From: a virus
Direction: 5' to 3' (one strand)
Length of the DNA: 64,000 bases
IMG/VR virus record: IMGVR_UViG_3300036861_001052
Location: 1-64,000 of that record
Part shown: in pieces, positions 26,543-38,976 of the stretch
How the letters are laid out: every line of letters begins with the position of its first letter
Numbering within the stretch: position 1 is the first letter of the stretch
The notes under the pieces: generated by a model
Databases searched by the model: none
What the model was told of the DNA's origin: nothing
The model's input: only the letters and a program-made list of their open reading frames with translations
Program-made: the position numbers and the translations under genes

Positions 26543-27079
26543 TCAGGTTATCTGCGGCGGCGGGACGAGTCCCGTAACGGCGACCATGAAGCGTTGACCC
26601 TTCGCGCTGCCAGCGACGGCGACGAAGTTACAGAGCACCGTTGCGTCGCCACCAGGCGTTCCCGCAGCGGCGTCCAGGATGTCGCTCACGGCCTTGTTCA
26701 GGGCGGCGTCGACCGCGTCCTGCTCGGCCGCGACCGCGAACTTCGTGAGGAAGAGTGCCGGGTCGAGAAATACTGCCGCGGGCGAGAGCGGCAGAGCCGA
26801 CGACTCGCCGACGAGCAGGTTCTGGACGGCTGCGATGCTCGCGCGGGTGAAGTACACCGTGAATATGAACGTATGCCCGTCGCCTGCAGCAGCGAGAGAA
26901 GCGTCCACCGGCGTGAACTTGTTCTCATCGCCCTGGATGGCGGCGTTCATGGCCACGATCTCGGCAAGGTGAAGGGCGACGACGCGGGCCATTTCCTCCG
27001 CATCGGCCGCCTGAGCGCTCCGAATGAAGTAGTCAGGGACGCCGCTCGTGCGAGAGAGATAGAGATCCGAAAACGACAT
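26543..27079 (-). CDS. domain-only member of the spike/penton family
   Basis: GAGGA RBS; SLAAAGDGHTFIFTV...VAGSAKGQRFMV. Confidence 0.7.
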   Translation of the reverse strand: MSFSDLYLSRTSGVPDYFIRSAQAADAEEMARVVALHLAEIVAMNAAIQGDENKFTPVDASLAAAGDGHTFIFTVYFTRASIAAVQNLLVGESSALPLSPAAVFLDPALFLTKFAVAAEQDAVDAALNKAVSDILDAAAGTPGGDATVLCNFVAVAGSAKGQRFMVAVTGLVPPPQIT

Positions 27080-27137
27080 GGGTGGTTTCCTCGGGTTGGG
27101 GTCCCGGCGGCGTTGGCTCTACCGGGACAGAGACAGA

Positions 27138-27623
27138 CTACCTGGACAGGACGCGGCGGGCTAGTACCACGCCGATGCTAGCCAAACCGACCCCGAAGAA
27201 AGCCCGCACGCCGGGCCTCGCTAGAAACGGTCTGTCCTCCGGCCACGGCAGGTCTGGATCGGGGCAGTCAGCGTCACCCGTGCACACGTCGGAAATCTTG
27301 AGCCCCGGATGCCACTCGAAGTGACCCGGATCCCAGCCCCAGTCGCCGCCCCAGACCCCGCCCATCTTCTTCCAGTACTCGCCGAGAATCGCGTAGCCGT
27401 CGGAAAGCCCGTCGATGTGCAGGTCCGCGGCGCGTCCCCAGACGTGCCAGGAGATGCAGCCTCGCGCCTGCGTCGCGACTCCTGGCGCCGACTCGTAGAT
27501 GGCGTTCTGCTCGGCGCAGCTCCGCCTTGTCGAGACGACGTGGGCTGAGACGCCGCTCCGAGCCGCGAAGCGGAGGAGCTCGTCGAGCTTGTCGCTCATC
27601 CACGGCGTGAGATCGGGGTTCAT
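27138..27623 (-). CDS. M15-family peptidoglycan endopeptidase with C-terminal membrane anchor
   Basis: RS..EQ..IY, SWH.WGRAAD, WGGDW..D.GHFE; TM tail. Confidence 0.85.
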   Translation of the reverse strand: MNPDLTPWMSDKLDELLRFAARSGVSAHVVSTRRSCAEQNAIYESAPGVATQARGCISWHVWGRAADLHIDGLSDGYAILGEYWKKMGGVWGGDWGWDPGHFEWHPGLKISDVCTGDADCPDPDLPWPEDRPFLARPGVRAFFGVGLASIGVVLARRVLSR

Positions 27624-27973
27624 TCGAAGGCAGGCTCTGGCTCCGCCGAGAGCTCCGGGGGGTTCGGCTCCTGCGGGACTGGAGCGGGGTTCTCCTCGTA
27701 CTCCTCTTTCTTCCGCCGCGGCCTTCCTCGGTAGACTTCGGCAGTGACGTTCTCGCCGGTCCTGGCCTCGTACTGCGCGACGATGCGGAAGCCCTGCCGC
27801 GACTTAGGATTCGTGGTCACGGCGCGATCGTGTTTGCCTTCCGTCGCGCCGATGCGCGCGAGGTCTTTCGCAGCCTTGAGCTCGAGAGGCTTTCGATTCA
27901 CCTGGCGGACGGGGCTTCGGCGGTCCCGGATCCCCATTTCCCAGACGTGGTAGCCGTGGGCGTTCGGCTTCAT
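27620..27973 (-). CDS. basic hypothetical protein
   Basis: ATGA coupling. Confidence 0.6.
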   Translation of the reverse strand: MKPNAHGYHVWEMGIRDRRSPVRQVNRKPLELKAAKDLARIGATEGKHDRAVTTNPKSRQGFRIVAQYEARTGENVTAEVYRGRPRRKKEEYEENPAPVPQEPNPPELSAEPEPAFE

Positions 27974-28212
27974 TCGTCACCTCTAATGGCTATCTTCATC
28001 GCAGCATCGGCGACAGCCCCAACCGGATCCACCAAGAACCCCAGGGTGGACTTCGCCGCTTCCGGCAGATCGCTCGCGTAGAGTTCTCTCCGGAACCTCG
28101 CGCGCTCTTCGAACTCGACGAGCATCGCCGCGGCGCGCGCGATCACCTTGTCGAAGCGACGTGCTTGGCGCGCCTTCATCCTGGCTTTCCTCGTGCGCTT
28201 CTCCCGGCTCAC
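27970..28212 (-). CDS. hypothetical protein
   Basis: GGAGG RBS, GTGA overlap. Confidence 0.55.
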   Translation of the reverse strand: MSREKRTRKARMKARQARRFDKVIARAAAMLVEFEERARFRRELYASDLPEAAKSTLGFLVDPVGAVADAAMKIAIRGDE

Positions 28213-29021
28213 GTCGCCTCCTTCGCCCATAGGAGCACCACGTCCTTCGGGTAGTTCAGGCCAGGATCTGTATGCGTCGTCTGATGAAACGCTAGCCGGA
28301 CGTCGTTATGCGTGCAGAGCCCTCGGCCGCCGGCTCGGAGCGTACCCGGAGTGAGCCACACGAGCGGGACGTCCCACTTCTTCGCCTCGAAGGCTATGAG
28401 GCGCGCGACGAGCCGCAGCATGCTCTGGCCGTAGGGATCGAGCCACTCGTCCCTGGTCTGCTTCGCGTATCCGGCCTGCTCGATGCCGATCGTCCATTCG
28501 TTTGGCGGCGCGTGGTAGGCGATGTGCTCGTCGGGCACGCAGCGGATGATGCTGTCGACGTCGACGACGAGGTGCGCGCTCGCGGGCTTCTTCGGTCCAA
28601 GCTGGAAGTACGTTCCGATCGCCTCGGCACTCGAGAGGCCCTCTCCGGTCTCTGCCGAGTGGACCACGATGGCGTCGATCGAGGGGCGATTCGCCCAGCG
28701 CCAGTACTTGGCAGGCACGTCCTTGATCGGAGGCAAACCCGTATCCGGAGGCGGCGACGGATCGATGAAGAGCGTCGGGTCAATGAACGCGCGGGTCTTC
28801 GGGCCAACGACTCCGTCAGGCTCGAGCTTTCGCCGCCTCTGAAACTCTTTTGTCGCTTCCTTCGTGACCGCGCCGAAGCCGCCATCGACCGTGATGGGCC
28901 AGGAGTATCCCCACGGCTCGGGGCGCTTTTCGTAGCGCTGGACCGCCTGCCACGCGGCCACGTCGTGGCCGACCATGCCCTGCTGGAGCAGCCGCCATTC
29001 GCTCGGAGCAGGCTTGAGCAT
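28209..29021 (-). CDS. endolysin: peptidoglycan-binding domain plus N-acetylmuramoyl-L-alanine amidase (Amidase_2)
   Basis: DG.FG..T..A.K.FQ...L..DGVVGPKT; IVVHS, SAHLVV, AYHA, IGIE, H.D...HTDPG. Confidence 0.9.
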   Translation of the reverse strand: MLKPAPSEWRLLQQGMVGHDVAAWQAVQRYEKRPEPWGYSWPITVDGGFGAVTKEATKEFQRRRKLEPDGVVGPKTRAFIDPTLFIDPSPPPDTGLPPIKDVPAKYWRWANRPSIDAIVVHSAETGEGLSSAEAIGTYFQLGPKKPASAHLVVDVDSIIRCVPDEHIAYHAPPNEWTIGIEQAGYAKQTRDEWLDPYGQSMLRLVARLIAFEAKKWDVPLVWLTPGTLRAGGRGLCTHNDVRLAFHQTTHTDPGLNYPKDVVLLWAKEAT

Positions 29022-29029
29022 TGGAGTTT

Positions 29030-29611
29030 TTACCTGTCGACGCTCACGCTCACCGGCAGAAGCGCGAAGCCGCCCTTGTCCGGCTCGTGAAGATCGCAGG
29101 CGCGGCCCGCTGATTGAGGCACCTCGATGTGCCGGCCGCCCTCGCACCAAGTCGATCCAGGATCGGTATTCTTGTAGGCGATCTTCTGACCGCGGCTCGC
29201 GAGCCACGACGACGGATCCACGCTCGCCATTGCTCCACCCGGCAAAAATTCCGTGACGCTGAAGTAGACGCGGCCCGTCGACTCGCCGAGCTTCTGCCCG
29301 CGGCCGACGTACTGCCCCTCTTCGACGTCACCCGGCACGACGCCGTCCATCATCACGAAGACCGGCTCGTAGAGAGATCCGACGACGACGAAGCTATCGC
29401 CGACTGCCGCGACGCGTCCTCCCACTGTCGAGTACACAGGGCTACCCTGTGGGGTACTAATCACGAGACTTGGATCGCACACGCTACCCCGGCGGGTACT
29501 GGGACAGGACTCCACACTGCCCTCTTTCACTACGGCTCGAAACGGCCGAAAAAACGTTTTGACGATCGCGACGCCGGCAATCGCTCCGAGCACATAGGGC
29601 GCAGTACTCAT
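29030..29611 (-). CDS. degenerate M23-peptidase-fold protein with N-terminal anchor
   Basis: GSPVYSTVGGRV, VEEGQYVGRGQKLG; metal-binding His residues absent. Confidence 0.6.
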   Translation of the reverse strand: MSTAPYVLGAIAGVAIVKTFFRPFRAVVKEGSVESCPSTRRGSVCDPSLVISTPQGSPVYSTVGGRVAAVGDSFVVVGSLYEPVFVMMDGVVPGDVEEGQYVGRGQKLGESTGRVYFSVTEFLPGGAMASVDPSSWLASRGQKIAYKNTDPGSTWCEGGRHIEVPQSAGRACDLHEPDKGGFALLPVSVSVDR

Positions 29612-29674
29612 CTCTCGATCATGCCGGAACTAGGCGCTTCCCGCAAGGCTTGGTAGGCTCTACGCAGATCCCCG

Positions 29675-29974
29675 ATGGCGCAGCGTTTCTCGCCTGAGCT
29701 CCCCTGGATCCTGGTCCACCCGTCCCGAAGCGGCGGCTTCTACATGACCTGCGAGGTCTGCGGAGAAGAAGGCCACGGCATGGATCACCGCGAGGCGCAC
29801 GCCTTCGCGTACCAGCACCGCGAGCACACCGCAGGCGAAGGCTACCTCGGCGCCGGCGACGCTTTCGCGGCAGTCGCCAAACCCATCGCGCGCGCGATGG
29901 GCAAAGCCCCCTGCACGCCCTGCGAAGCGCGGCGGCGCGCCATGAATCAAGTCAGGTTTCCCTGGCCCTGGTAG
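29675..29974 (+). CDS. Cys/His-rich small protein
   Basis: CEVC...H..H, PCTPCEARR. Confidence 0.6.
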   Translation: MAQRFSPELPWILVHPSRSGGFYMTCEVCGEEGHGMDHREAHAFAYQHREHTAGEGYLGAGDAFAAVAKPIARAMGKAPCTPCEARRRAMNQVRFPWPW

Positions 29975-30214
29975 TTGTCCGAGAACGGAAAGACGGTGCC
30001 CAAGACCGACAAGGAAGCCCCTACCAAGCCCGAGAATCACGACCCTCTCATGGCCGCGTTTGCGCGGCTCGAGGGCAAGGTCGACAAGATGCTTGGCATG
30101 ATGCACGCGTTTTTCGACGAGCTGAACGAGCAGCGCAGGGAGCTCAACATGCAAAGGCTCCGGGTCGAGGCCCTCTCCGAGCGTGTCAGGATGGAGCTAG
30201 CCGATGGTCCCTGA
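29975..30214 (+). CDS. coiled-coil hypothetical protein
   Basis: Operon packing. Confidence 0.55.
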   Translation: MSENGKTVPKTDKEAPTKPENHDPLMAAFARLEGKVDKMLGMMHAFFDELNEQRRELNMQRLRVEALSERVRMELADGP

Positions 30215-30611
30215 GGGAGATCGCGTGGAACGACTCCGGCTCGATGCTCTCGAGCGCTGGCGCGACAAGGTCGACGATGAGAGAGGAACAATCATGGGCG
30301 ACCTCGGCATGATCCGAGGGCTACTGGAAGGCATCAAAGACGACTTCGCCGACGTGAAGACTCGCCTCTCCAATATCGAGGACAAGATCGAGGAACGCCC
30401 GAGCCGCACGGAGATCCAGAAGCTCGATCGGGATATCGATAGCCTCCGGGCCAAAGCCAAGGACAGTAAGATTCGGGGCTGGACGAAGTTCGAGGTGACG
30501 GGGCCGGGAGGGATGAAGTTCAAGCTGCTTGGTGTCTCGGGCGTCACGATCGTGCTCGTCTTGCTCCTCGCCGTCATCGGCGTGACCCTCATCCTGCTCC
30601 TCAAGAAGTGA
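30204..30611 (+). CDS. coiled-coil protein with C-terminal TM helix (holin-like candidate)
   Basis: VTIVLVLLLAVIGVTLILLLKK. Confidence 0.6.
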   Translation: MVPEGDRVERLRLDALERWRDKVDDERGTIMGDLGMIRGLLEGIKDDFADVKTRLSNIEDKIEERPSRTEIQKLDRDIDSLRAKAKDSKIRGWTKFEVTGPGGMKFKLLGVSGVTIVLVLLLAVIGVTLILLLKK

Positions 30612-30776
30612 GCTCTCTGTCGAGCTCGGCCTGCTCAGCTGGCGAGAGCGCCTCCCACAGGCTGTCGAGCTCTTCGATGTAGCGGCTCTCTTCCGATCCG
30701 GAGAGCGAGCCGCCCGCTTCCTCCCTGGCTTTCAGAAGCGCCCGGAGAAGCCGGCGATAGCGTTCCGCGGTGTCGC

Positions 30777-30968
30777 TCACCGGCGGGACGAGCGCCACGG
30801 GGCTCGCTCCCCAATTTCGTCCAGATAATCCGCAAGCTCCCGGAGAGCGTCCCTCAGATCAGAAACCGCTTGGGACTTGGTCTCGCCAAGACCGTAGACG
30901 CCAGACACACCTCGGCAGCTGGCCGTCCAGACGCCCTCTTCCTTCCAAGCGATGGGCTCGCTAACCAT
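30777..30968 (-). CDS. HicB-like small protein
   Basis: EEGVWTASC..VSGV.G.GET..QA..L.DAL. Confidence 0.6.
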   Translation of the reverse strand: MVSEPIAWKEEGVWTASCRGVSGVYGLGETKSQAVSDLRDALRELADYLDEIGERAPWRSSRR

Positions 30969-31012
30969 CGGAGAGAAAAGTCTACCGACCGCGACTTAGC
31001 TCGTCAAACAGT

Positions 31013-31564
31013 TCACCGGAGCCCCAATCTCCGGGGCCTTACGCCCCTCTCGAACGATTGGAGCTCGCAGGGCCCCGAGTAGCCGATGGTCTTACCCGTG
31101 AAGTGCTCGGCGATGGCGTCCGCCGTCCGCTCGACCGTGTCCTTGTCCCGCTTCCTCCAAAACCTATCTCTCGCGAGCACAGCTTCGAGCCCTCTCTGAT
31201 CGAGCTCCTGGTCTGGGACTTCCGGCATGGTCACGAGCTCGCCGTCGTCGACGACCATGTACATGCCCGGGTAGAGGAAATCGACCGCGTGCCCGAACTC
31301 ATGACTCAAGATGGCGAGGAGCGTCCCCTCGGGGAGCTCGGCAAACTCGGGAGCGACCACGATGCGCCGGCCCGTGTCCTCGGTCGCTGCGAAGTGCCGG
31401 GGAGCGTCGTGGGCCCACCGGGCGATTTCGAGCGTCGTCTTCTTCGCGCGCGGTGCGCCACGGGCGAAGATGTCCCGGACGACCGTGAAGTACGGATCTA
31501 TGACGGCCCGGGCCTCGTCGAGCGTGAGCTCGCTCCGGATTGGTGGACACGCAGACTTCGGCAA
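31013..31564 (-). CDS. zincin-like metalloprotease (HExxH)
   Basis: AILSHEFGHAVD...VERTADAIA. Confidence 0.75.
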   Translation of the reverse strand: MPKSACPPIRSELTLDEARAVIDPYFTVVRDIFARGAPRAKKTTLEIARWAHDAPRHFAATEDTGRRIVVAPEFAELPEGTLLAILSHEFGHAVDFLYPGMYMVVDDGELVTMPEVPDQELDQRGLEAVLARDRFWRKRDKDTVERTADAIAEHFTGKTIGYSGPCELQSFERGVRPRRLGLR

Positions 31565-31567
31565 CGC

Positions 31568-32032
31568 TCAGCCGTTCCGGGCCCTCCAGGCGCCGACCTC
31601 GTCGGCCCATGCCTTGGCCTGGCCCATGGGGATGAGGTTTCGACTGATGGCGTCGTTTACGCGCTGGCGCGCTTCGTCCGGCGTCACTTGCGGGCAGAGC
31701 GGCTCGCGGCACTTGCTGCAGTAAACGCTCGCTGGGTAGAGCGTTCCGTTGTTCTCGCTGTACTGCCAGCCGGTCGGCGGAAGCATGCTTTTACCGGGAC
31801 CGTTGCTCCCGACGACGAAAAGCTCCTGCCACTCGAGCGTGAGGTCGTGGCCCTTGTTGCATTTGCGGCAGTTGATCCGGATCTTGACTCCATCCGGACC
31901 CACGCTCTCCCTGAGGGTCTCGTAGTCTTTGATGCCGCCGCCCTCGAAGACTCCGCCGTCATCGTTGGTGCCGCCGGTGTAGTCGTCGAAATAGTCGACC
32001 CCGGGATCTCTCTGTCCACGAAACACGCTCAT
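31568..32032 (-). CDS. Zn-finger protein
   Basis: AAGGAG RBS; CRKC and CSKC. Confidence 0.65.
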   Translation of the reverse strand: MSVFRGQRDPGVDYFDDYTGGTNDDGGVFEGGGIKDYETLRESVGPDGVKIRINCRKCNKGHDLTLEWQELFVVGSNGPGKSMLPPTGWQYSENNGTLYPASVYCSKCREPLCPQVTPDEARQRVNDAISRNLIPMGQAKAWADEVGAWRARNG

Positions 32033-32125
32033 CGGGTCTCTCCTTTGTCGCTCGCTCGGGGGCTTAAAAGCTCCTGCCTAATTTATACACTACACTCTAC
32101 TCGGCCGAAAGTGCGGCGTTTCCGC

Positions 32126-33676
32126 TCACCGGGAAACGTAGCTGCGGCCCTCGGAAACGTCGACCTTCCCCGTCACCCGAAGCGTGACGTTGTGGAGTCC
32201 CGGCGAGAGCGGACCCGAGTCGTAAAGAAGCTGATTGTAGATGTCGGAGACGCTGACGAGAGAAACCGGCGCGCCGTACGCGCCGCCGTCGAGCGAGAAC
32301 TCCACCGAGCCGTAGGTGGGGCCCATGGTCCCGAAGATCATGAATCGCGTCGTCGCCCGCGCCGGCGCAAGCTTCCAGGTATTGCCGTTCGTGGAGCTAC
32401 GGGCGGACGAGTACTGGAAGGAGCCCGTGGTCGGATCGGCAATGCCGACCTGATCTTTGATGAGGCTCCAGGCACCGACCCGCACCACGTCCACGTTGAA
32501 GGACCAGCCGTGATACTGATCCCAGTACTGCCTCCTGTAGACGTTCGAGCGGATGTCGCGAAGGACGTCGAGGTAGATGCCGAGCGGGTTCACGGTCGCT
32601 TCGCTCCTTGCGACGAGCTGCGCCGTCGGCAAAAAGGCTCCGGCCTCGCCGACCTCTCCCGTTGAATAGAGGTAGACGACGTGGGGGCCGCCGTCGAGCG
32701 CGGCTTGCTGCATGGCCGTTCTGAGGTTCTGTTCCCACTCGGTACGAATCGGAATATCCGTCCAGTTACCGACGTCGCCGTGCCACGGCCGCGAATCGAT
32801 CGATTGCGCGATGGTCTTGAACGAATACACCGTGACGCCCGTCATTTGCCTGTAGACGCGATCGCCCGCGAGGACCCACGCGTACGTATTGGGCGCCGCG
32901 GTCGGCGACTGGATGATGCCGGCGTACGCGCTGACGGCGTTGGTCCCGAGCGCCGTCACCTGCGGGGACTGCCAGTTTCCTTGCACCAGGTACGGATCGA
33001 CGCCGAGCGTGTCCTGGCACTCGGTAACGATGGCGTTCTTGTGGGTCACGTCCCAGACGCCGTTCAGGCCAGAGTTATCGTCGTAGAGCGTGATCACGGG
33101 CTTGCCACCGACCTTGAAGTGCTGGTCGTCGCTCATGAGCGGCCCGAGGCTTGCCACGAACGTCGTAAAGTTGGCAAAGTTTCCACCCCGAAGACGCCCG
33201 GGGACCGGCTGATCGGCGTCCGTCGCCATCGCGAGCTGCTCGATGAGCAAGTGCCACTTGATTCGAGGCTTGTACGGGCTTGCGAGATAGCGCTCGATGA
33301 CATGGAAGGCGTCGCTGATTACGAGACCCCCAGGAGGGGGACTCGCGGCCCAAAGCGCGGCCGTCGGAAACCAGAAGAATTCGATGACGCCCACGCCGCC
33401 GTCACTCAAGGACTTCAGCATCGCGTCGCAATTGGCTTGCTCCGTCGGATCGTCGCCGCTGTTCCACATGTGCCAGTAGGGAGTTCCGTCGGCGCGGATT
33501 GCCTGCCTGTGGCCGTATTTGCGCTGGTAGCCGATCGAATCCGGATCCCCGTCGATGACCATGATCTCGGATCCGGGAGCGACGAAGTTCGTCGAATTGA
33601 TGAAGCACCCCGCCCAGCACGACGCCATGAACACCGCGTCCGTGTAGTAGCGTCGATTGATCGCGTATCTCGCCAT
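32126..33676 (-). CDS. GH99/GH71-like glycoside hydrolase with C-terminal beta-sandwich
   Basis: GVIEFFWF, HFKVGGKPVITLY, DSRPW, YSTGEVGEAG.FLPT; C-terminal LLYDSGPLSPGLHNVTL. Confidence 0.6.
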   Translation of the reverse strand: MARYAINRRYYTDAVFMASCWAGCFINSTNFVAPGSEIMVIDGDPDSIGYQRKYGHRQAIRADGTPYWHMWNSGDDPTEQANCDAMLKSLSDGGVGVIEFFWFPTAALWAASPPPGGLVISDAFHVIERYLASPYKPRIKWHLLIEQLAMATDADQPVPGRLRGGNFANFTTFVASLGPLMSDDQHFKVGGKPVITLYDDNSGLNGVWDVTHKNAIVTECQDTLGVDPYLVQGNWQSPQVTALGTNAVSAYAGIIQSPTAAPNTYAWVLAGDRVYRQMTGVTVYSFKTIAQSIDSRPWHGDVGNWTDIPIRTEWEQNLRTAMQQAALDGGPHVVYLYSTGEVGEAGAFLPTAQLVARSEATVNPLGIYLDVLRDIRSNVYRRQYWDQYHGWSFNVDVVRVGAWSLIKDQVGIADPTTGSFQYSSARSSTNGNTWKLAPARATTRFMIFGTMGPTYGSVEFSLDGGAYGAPVSLVSVSDIYNQLLYDSGPLSPGLHNVTLRVTGKVDVSEGRSYVSR

Positions 33677-33684
33677 TGGTGGGC

Positions 33685-34827
33685 TCAATTCAGAAAGTAG
33701 TTCTCCAGGCGAAAGAGCTCGTCGTCGGCCACGGCGCCCTGAAACCCCACGAACTCGCTCATGTCGTTGTTCGCGAAGTTTCCCGTCGCCGTCGTCTTGA
33801 TCGCCGAGACGCACATCTGGTTCAGGGTGAGACTATTGGCGATCGAGTTCGTGCCAGGGACCATGCTCTCGCCGCCGATGATGTCCAGGCCGTTCACACG
33901 CAGGCGCGACTCGACGCCGTCGAACCGCCAGATGATGACCTTCGGCCCGACGTTCGGGAAAGCGAGCGAATCGATGGTCGAGATCACGCCCGCCGTCGCA
34001 CGGCGAGTGATCTGATAGCTGTTCACGCCATTTTTCTTCAGCGTGACGTTCGGGAGGTTTGCGTCCGTCGTGTTGCCGGCGCACCAAAACGCTGTGGTGC
34101 CGACCTGATTGATGACGATGCCGCCGATCCAAATCACCGTGAACGGTGAGTTCAATCCGCCGAAGACCGTATTCCACACGCCCGAGGTCGTGTTGAAGTG
34201 CCGGTCGCTCGTCCCGTTGTACCGCATCGTCTGAAGGCCACCGGGCCCGGCGACGATGATCTGCGGGCGCTGCCCGGCTGTGACGTTCGCGAGATCGTTC
34301 GTGGCTGGCACGACCTTGTCGACGACGACGCTTGCGATGGCCTTGTAGGTGTTGTTTGCGTGATACGTGCCGGACGGAAAGTTGATCGTGATGCCCGTGC
34401 CGCTGATGAGCACCGTCGCTGCGGTGGTGCCGGTTTGATATGCGGGCCCCACTCCGTTGTTGAGCCACACGCTGTACGTTGCGACGCCGCGCGCACCGTC
34501 ACTGGTAGTGACCAAGATCCCGAGCGGCTGCTTGAGCGTTCCCGTGAACGTGACCACGGGTGGCGAGGTGCCGCCTGCTACGGGCGTCCCGCCGATGGTG
34601 TACGAGCTCTGGTCGTACCAGAAGCGAAGCGTCGCGCTCGTGATCGCGCTCGGTGACAGCGGCGACGAGTCGACCGAGAATGTATTGACCCCGAGGCAGC
34701 TTCGGCCGATGCCCCCGCACCGGACGCCGCGCGGAGCGTGGCGCGGAGCGTGCCGGGGCGCGCGAAGCGCCCGGTCGAGGTCTCGGAGTTTCGGGCTCCG
34801 TAGCTCCTGGTCTAGGGTCGCGAGCAT
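33685..34827 (-). CDS. virion protein with LamG/concanavalin-like domain
   Basis: LRFWYD, Q.P.I..G.G, FTVIWIG, E...F...VADDE...LENYF; Arg-rich leader. Confidence 0.6.
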   Translation of the reverse strand: MLATLDQELRSPKLRDLDRALRAPRHAPRHAPRGVRCGGIGRSCLGVNTFSVDSSPLSPSAITSATLRFWYDQSSYTIGGTPVAGGTSPPVVTFTGTLKQPLGILVTTSDGARGVATYSVWLNNGVGPAYQTGTTAATVLISGTGITINFPSGTYHANNTYKAIASVVVDKVVPATNDLANVTAGQRPQIIVAGPGGLQTMRYNGTSDRHFNTTSGVWNTVFGGLNSPFTVIWIGGIVINQVGTTAFWCAGNTTDANLPNVTLKKNGVNSYQITRRATAGVISTIDSLAFPNVGPKVIIWRFDGVESRLRVNGLDIIGGESMVPGTNSIANSLTLNQMCVSAIKTTATGNFANNDMSEFVGFQGAVADDELFRLENYFLN

Positions 34828-34835
34828 CGCGGGCC

Positions 34836-35882
<1,047 letters not shown>

Positions 35883-35918
35883 CTATCAGAAAGCCGCCCG
35901 CCGCGGGGGCGCTCCGGA

Positions 35919-36551
35919 TCACCGGTCCTTCTTTCGAGACGTCAGAGTCGCCGAGAGATCGAGCACCGCGTTCCAGTGGTCGTTGAAGCGGCGGGCACGC
36001 ACCTCGTCGGCGTAGAGCGCGAACTCGGTGATGCCGATGGGGATGACGACGTAGTCGAAGTCGCACGAGACGGGGTAGTGCCCGACGCCCATCTCCTGCC
36101 GGTTCTTGGCGTTCAGGTAGGCGAAGGTCTGCTGGTTGATGAAGCGGCGGTGGGTCGGGTCCTGAAAGGCGCGGTCGCTCCGCGCGCAGGGCACTTGCAC
36201 TTCCATCTTCCCGCCAGGGACGAGAATGCGATAGCACTCGTCGAAGAACGCGAGGAAGTAGTCTCGCCCCACGAACTCTCCACTCGGATCGTCGCCGCGC
36301 TCGATGAACCTCGCGGGAATATGCTCGACGAAGTGCGTCGCATTGATCTCGTCGACGCTCGACGTCTTCCAGGGAAGCGGAAAGCACATGAGATCCACGT
36401 GGTGAGTCCCGCAGCCCGGACGTATGTCGACACCCTCGAATCCCTCCTTAGGTGCGCCTCCGCAGCCGAAGTCGAGCCGGAGCCCCGGCGTCGGCTCGTA
36501 AAGTACGGGTTCAGTAGACAACGCCGGTCTCCACGTCGAGGTGACCGACAC
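35919..36551 (-). CDS. class I SAM methyltransferase (Methyltransf_11-like)
   Basis: LDFGCG, HFVEH, ECYRILVPGG, DPTH; true start may be TTG 36521. Confidence 0.85.
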   Translation of the reverse strand: MSVTSTWRPALSTEPVLYEPTPGLRLDFGCGGAPKEGFEGVDIRPGCGTHHVDLMCFPLPWKTSSVDEINATHFVEHIPARFIERGDDPSGEFVGRDYFLAFFDECYRILVPGGKMEVQVPCARSDRAFQDPTHRRFINQQTFAYLNAKNRQEMGVGHYPVSCDFDYVVIPIGITEFALYADEVRARRFNDHWNAVLDLSATLTSRKKDR

Positions 36552-37250
36552 GAACGCGCGTGTCGACGGCGATGCGCATTCCGGCGAGCCGCATCCGCTC
36601 GCAGAAGTAGAGGTCCTGGGTCTTCATCTCGACGCCTCGTTTTTCAGGGAAAACATTGTTCACCGTCACGAACCACGGCGGGGGGATCTTCCGAAACGTG
36701 TCCATGCGCCAGAGGGCGCAACCCATCCCGATGCCGTTCACCTCGATGATGTTGCCGCCGCGCATTGCGTCGACGACGTTACGCGGCTCGAACGTGCAGA
36801 CGCCCGTTTTTTCGAAGTCCCGCGGGTTACCGTAGGCCTGCGGCATGTTGTAGGCGCCCTTGGTGAAGTAGATGCCCGAAATAGCGGCAAAGGGGCCGAC
36901 ATCGATCGACTGCAAGAGCTGGATGTGCGCGTCGGGAGGCGGAAGGTTGTCGTCCTCGAGCGTCAGCACGTACTTGTAGCTCGAGAACATCTCGTTTTTG
37001 AGAATTTCCTCGATCATCCTGTTGTAAGCGTGGCCTACTTCGTCGCCGACCGCATAGATCTTCGCTCGCCGTTGATTCATCGGCTGGATGAGACTCTCCC
37101 AAGCATTGACGACACGGAAATGGATCTTGCCGCGCGTCGGCACGACGATAATCGTCGAAGAGTCCCGAAACGTGCTCCCCGGCAAGAGCTCGACGCGCTC
37201 GAAGCCGAGCATCCTGTCTTTTTCAGCGGCCGCTTGGACGTCGATCAGCA

Positions 37251-37251
<1 letters not shown>
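36511..37251 (-). CDS. GT-A-fold glycosyltransferase
   Basis: IVVPTRG, LTLEDD, GIGMGCALW, TQDLYFC, VDTRVRVGH. Confidence 0.8.
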
Positions 37252-38933
<1,682 letters not shown>

Positions 38934-38976
38934 TTATTCTCCGTTAAAATAGACTACCAGAACTTCTCCGGGCCTT

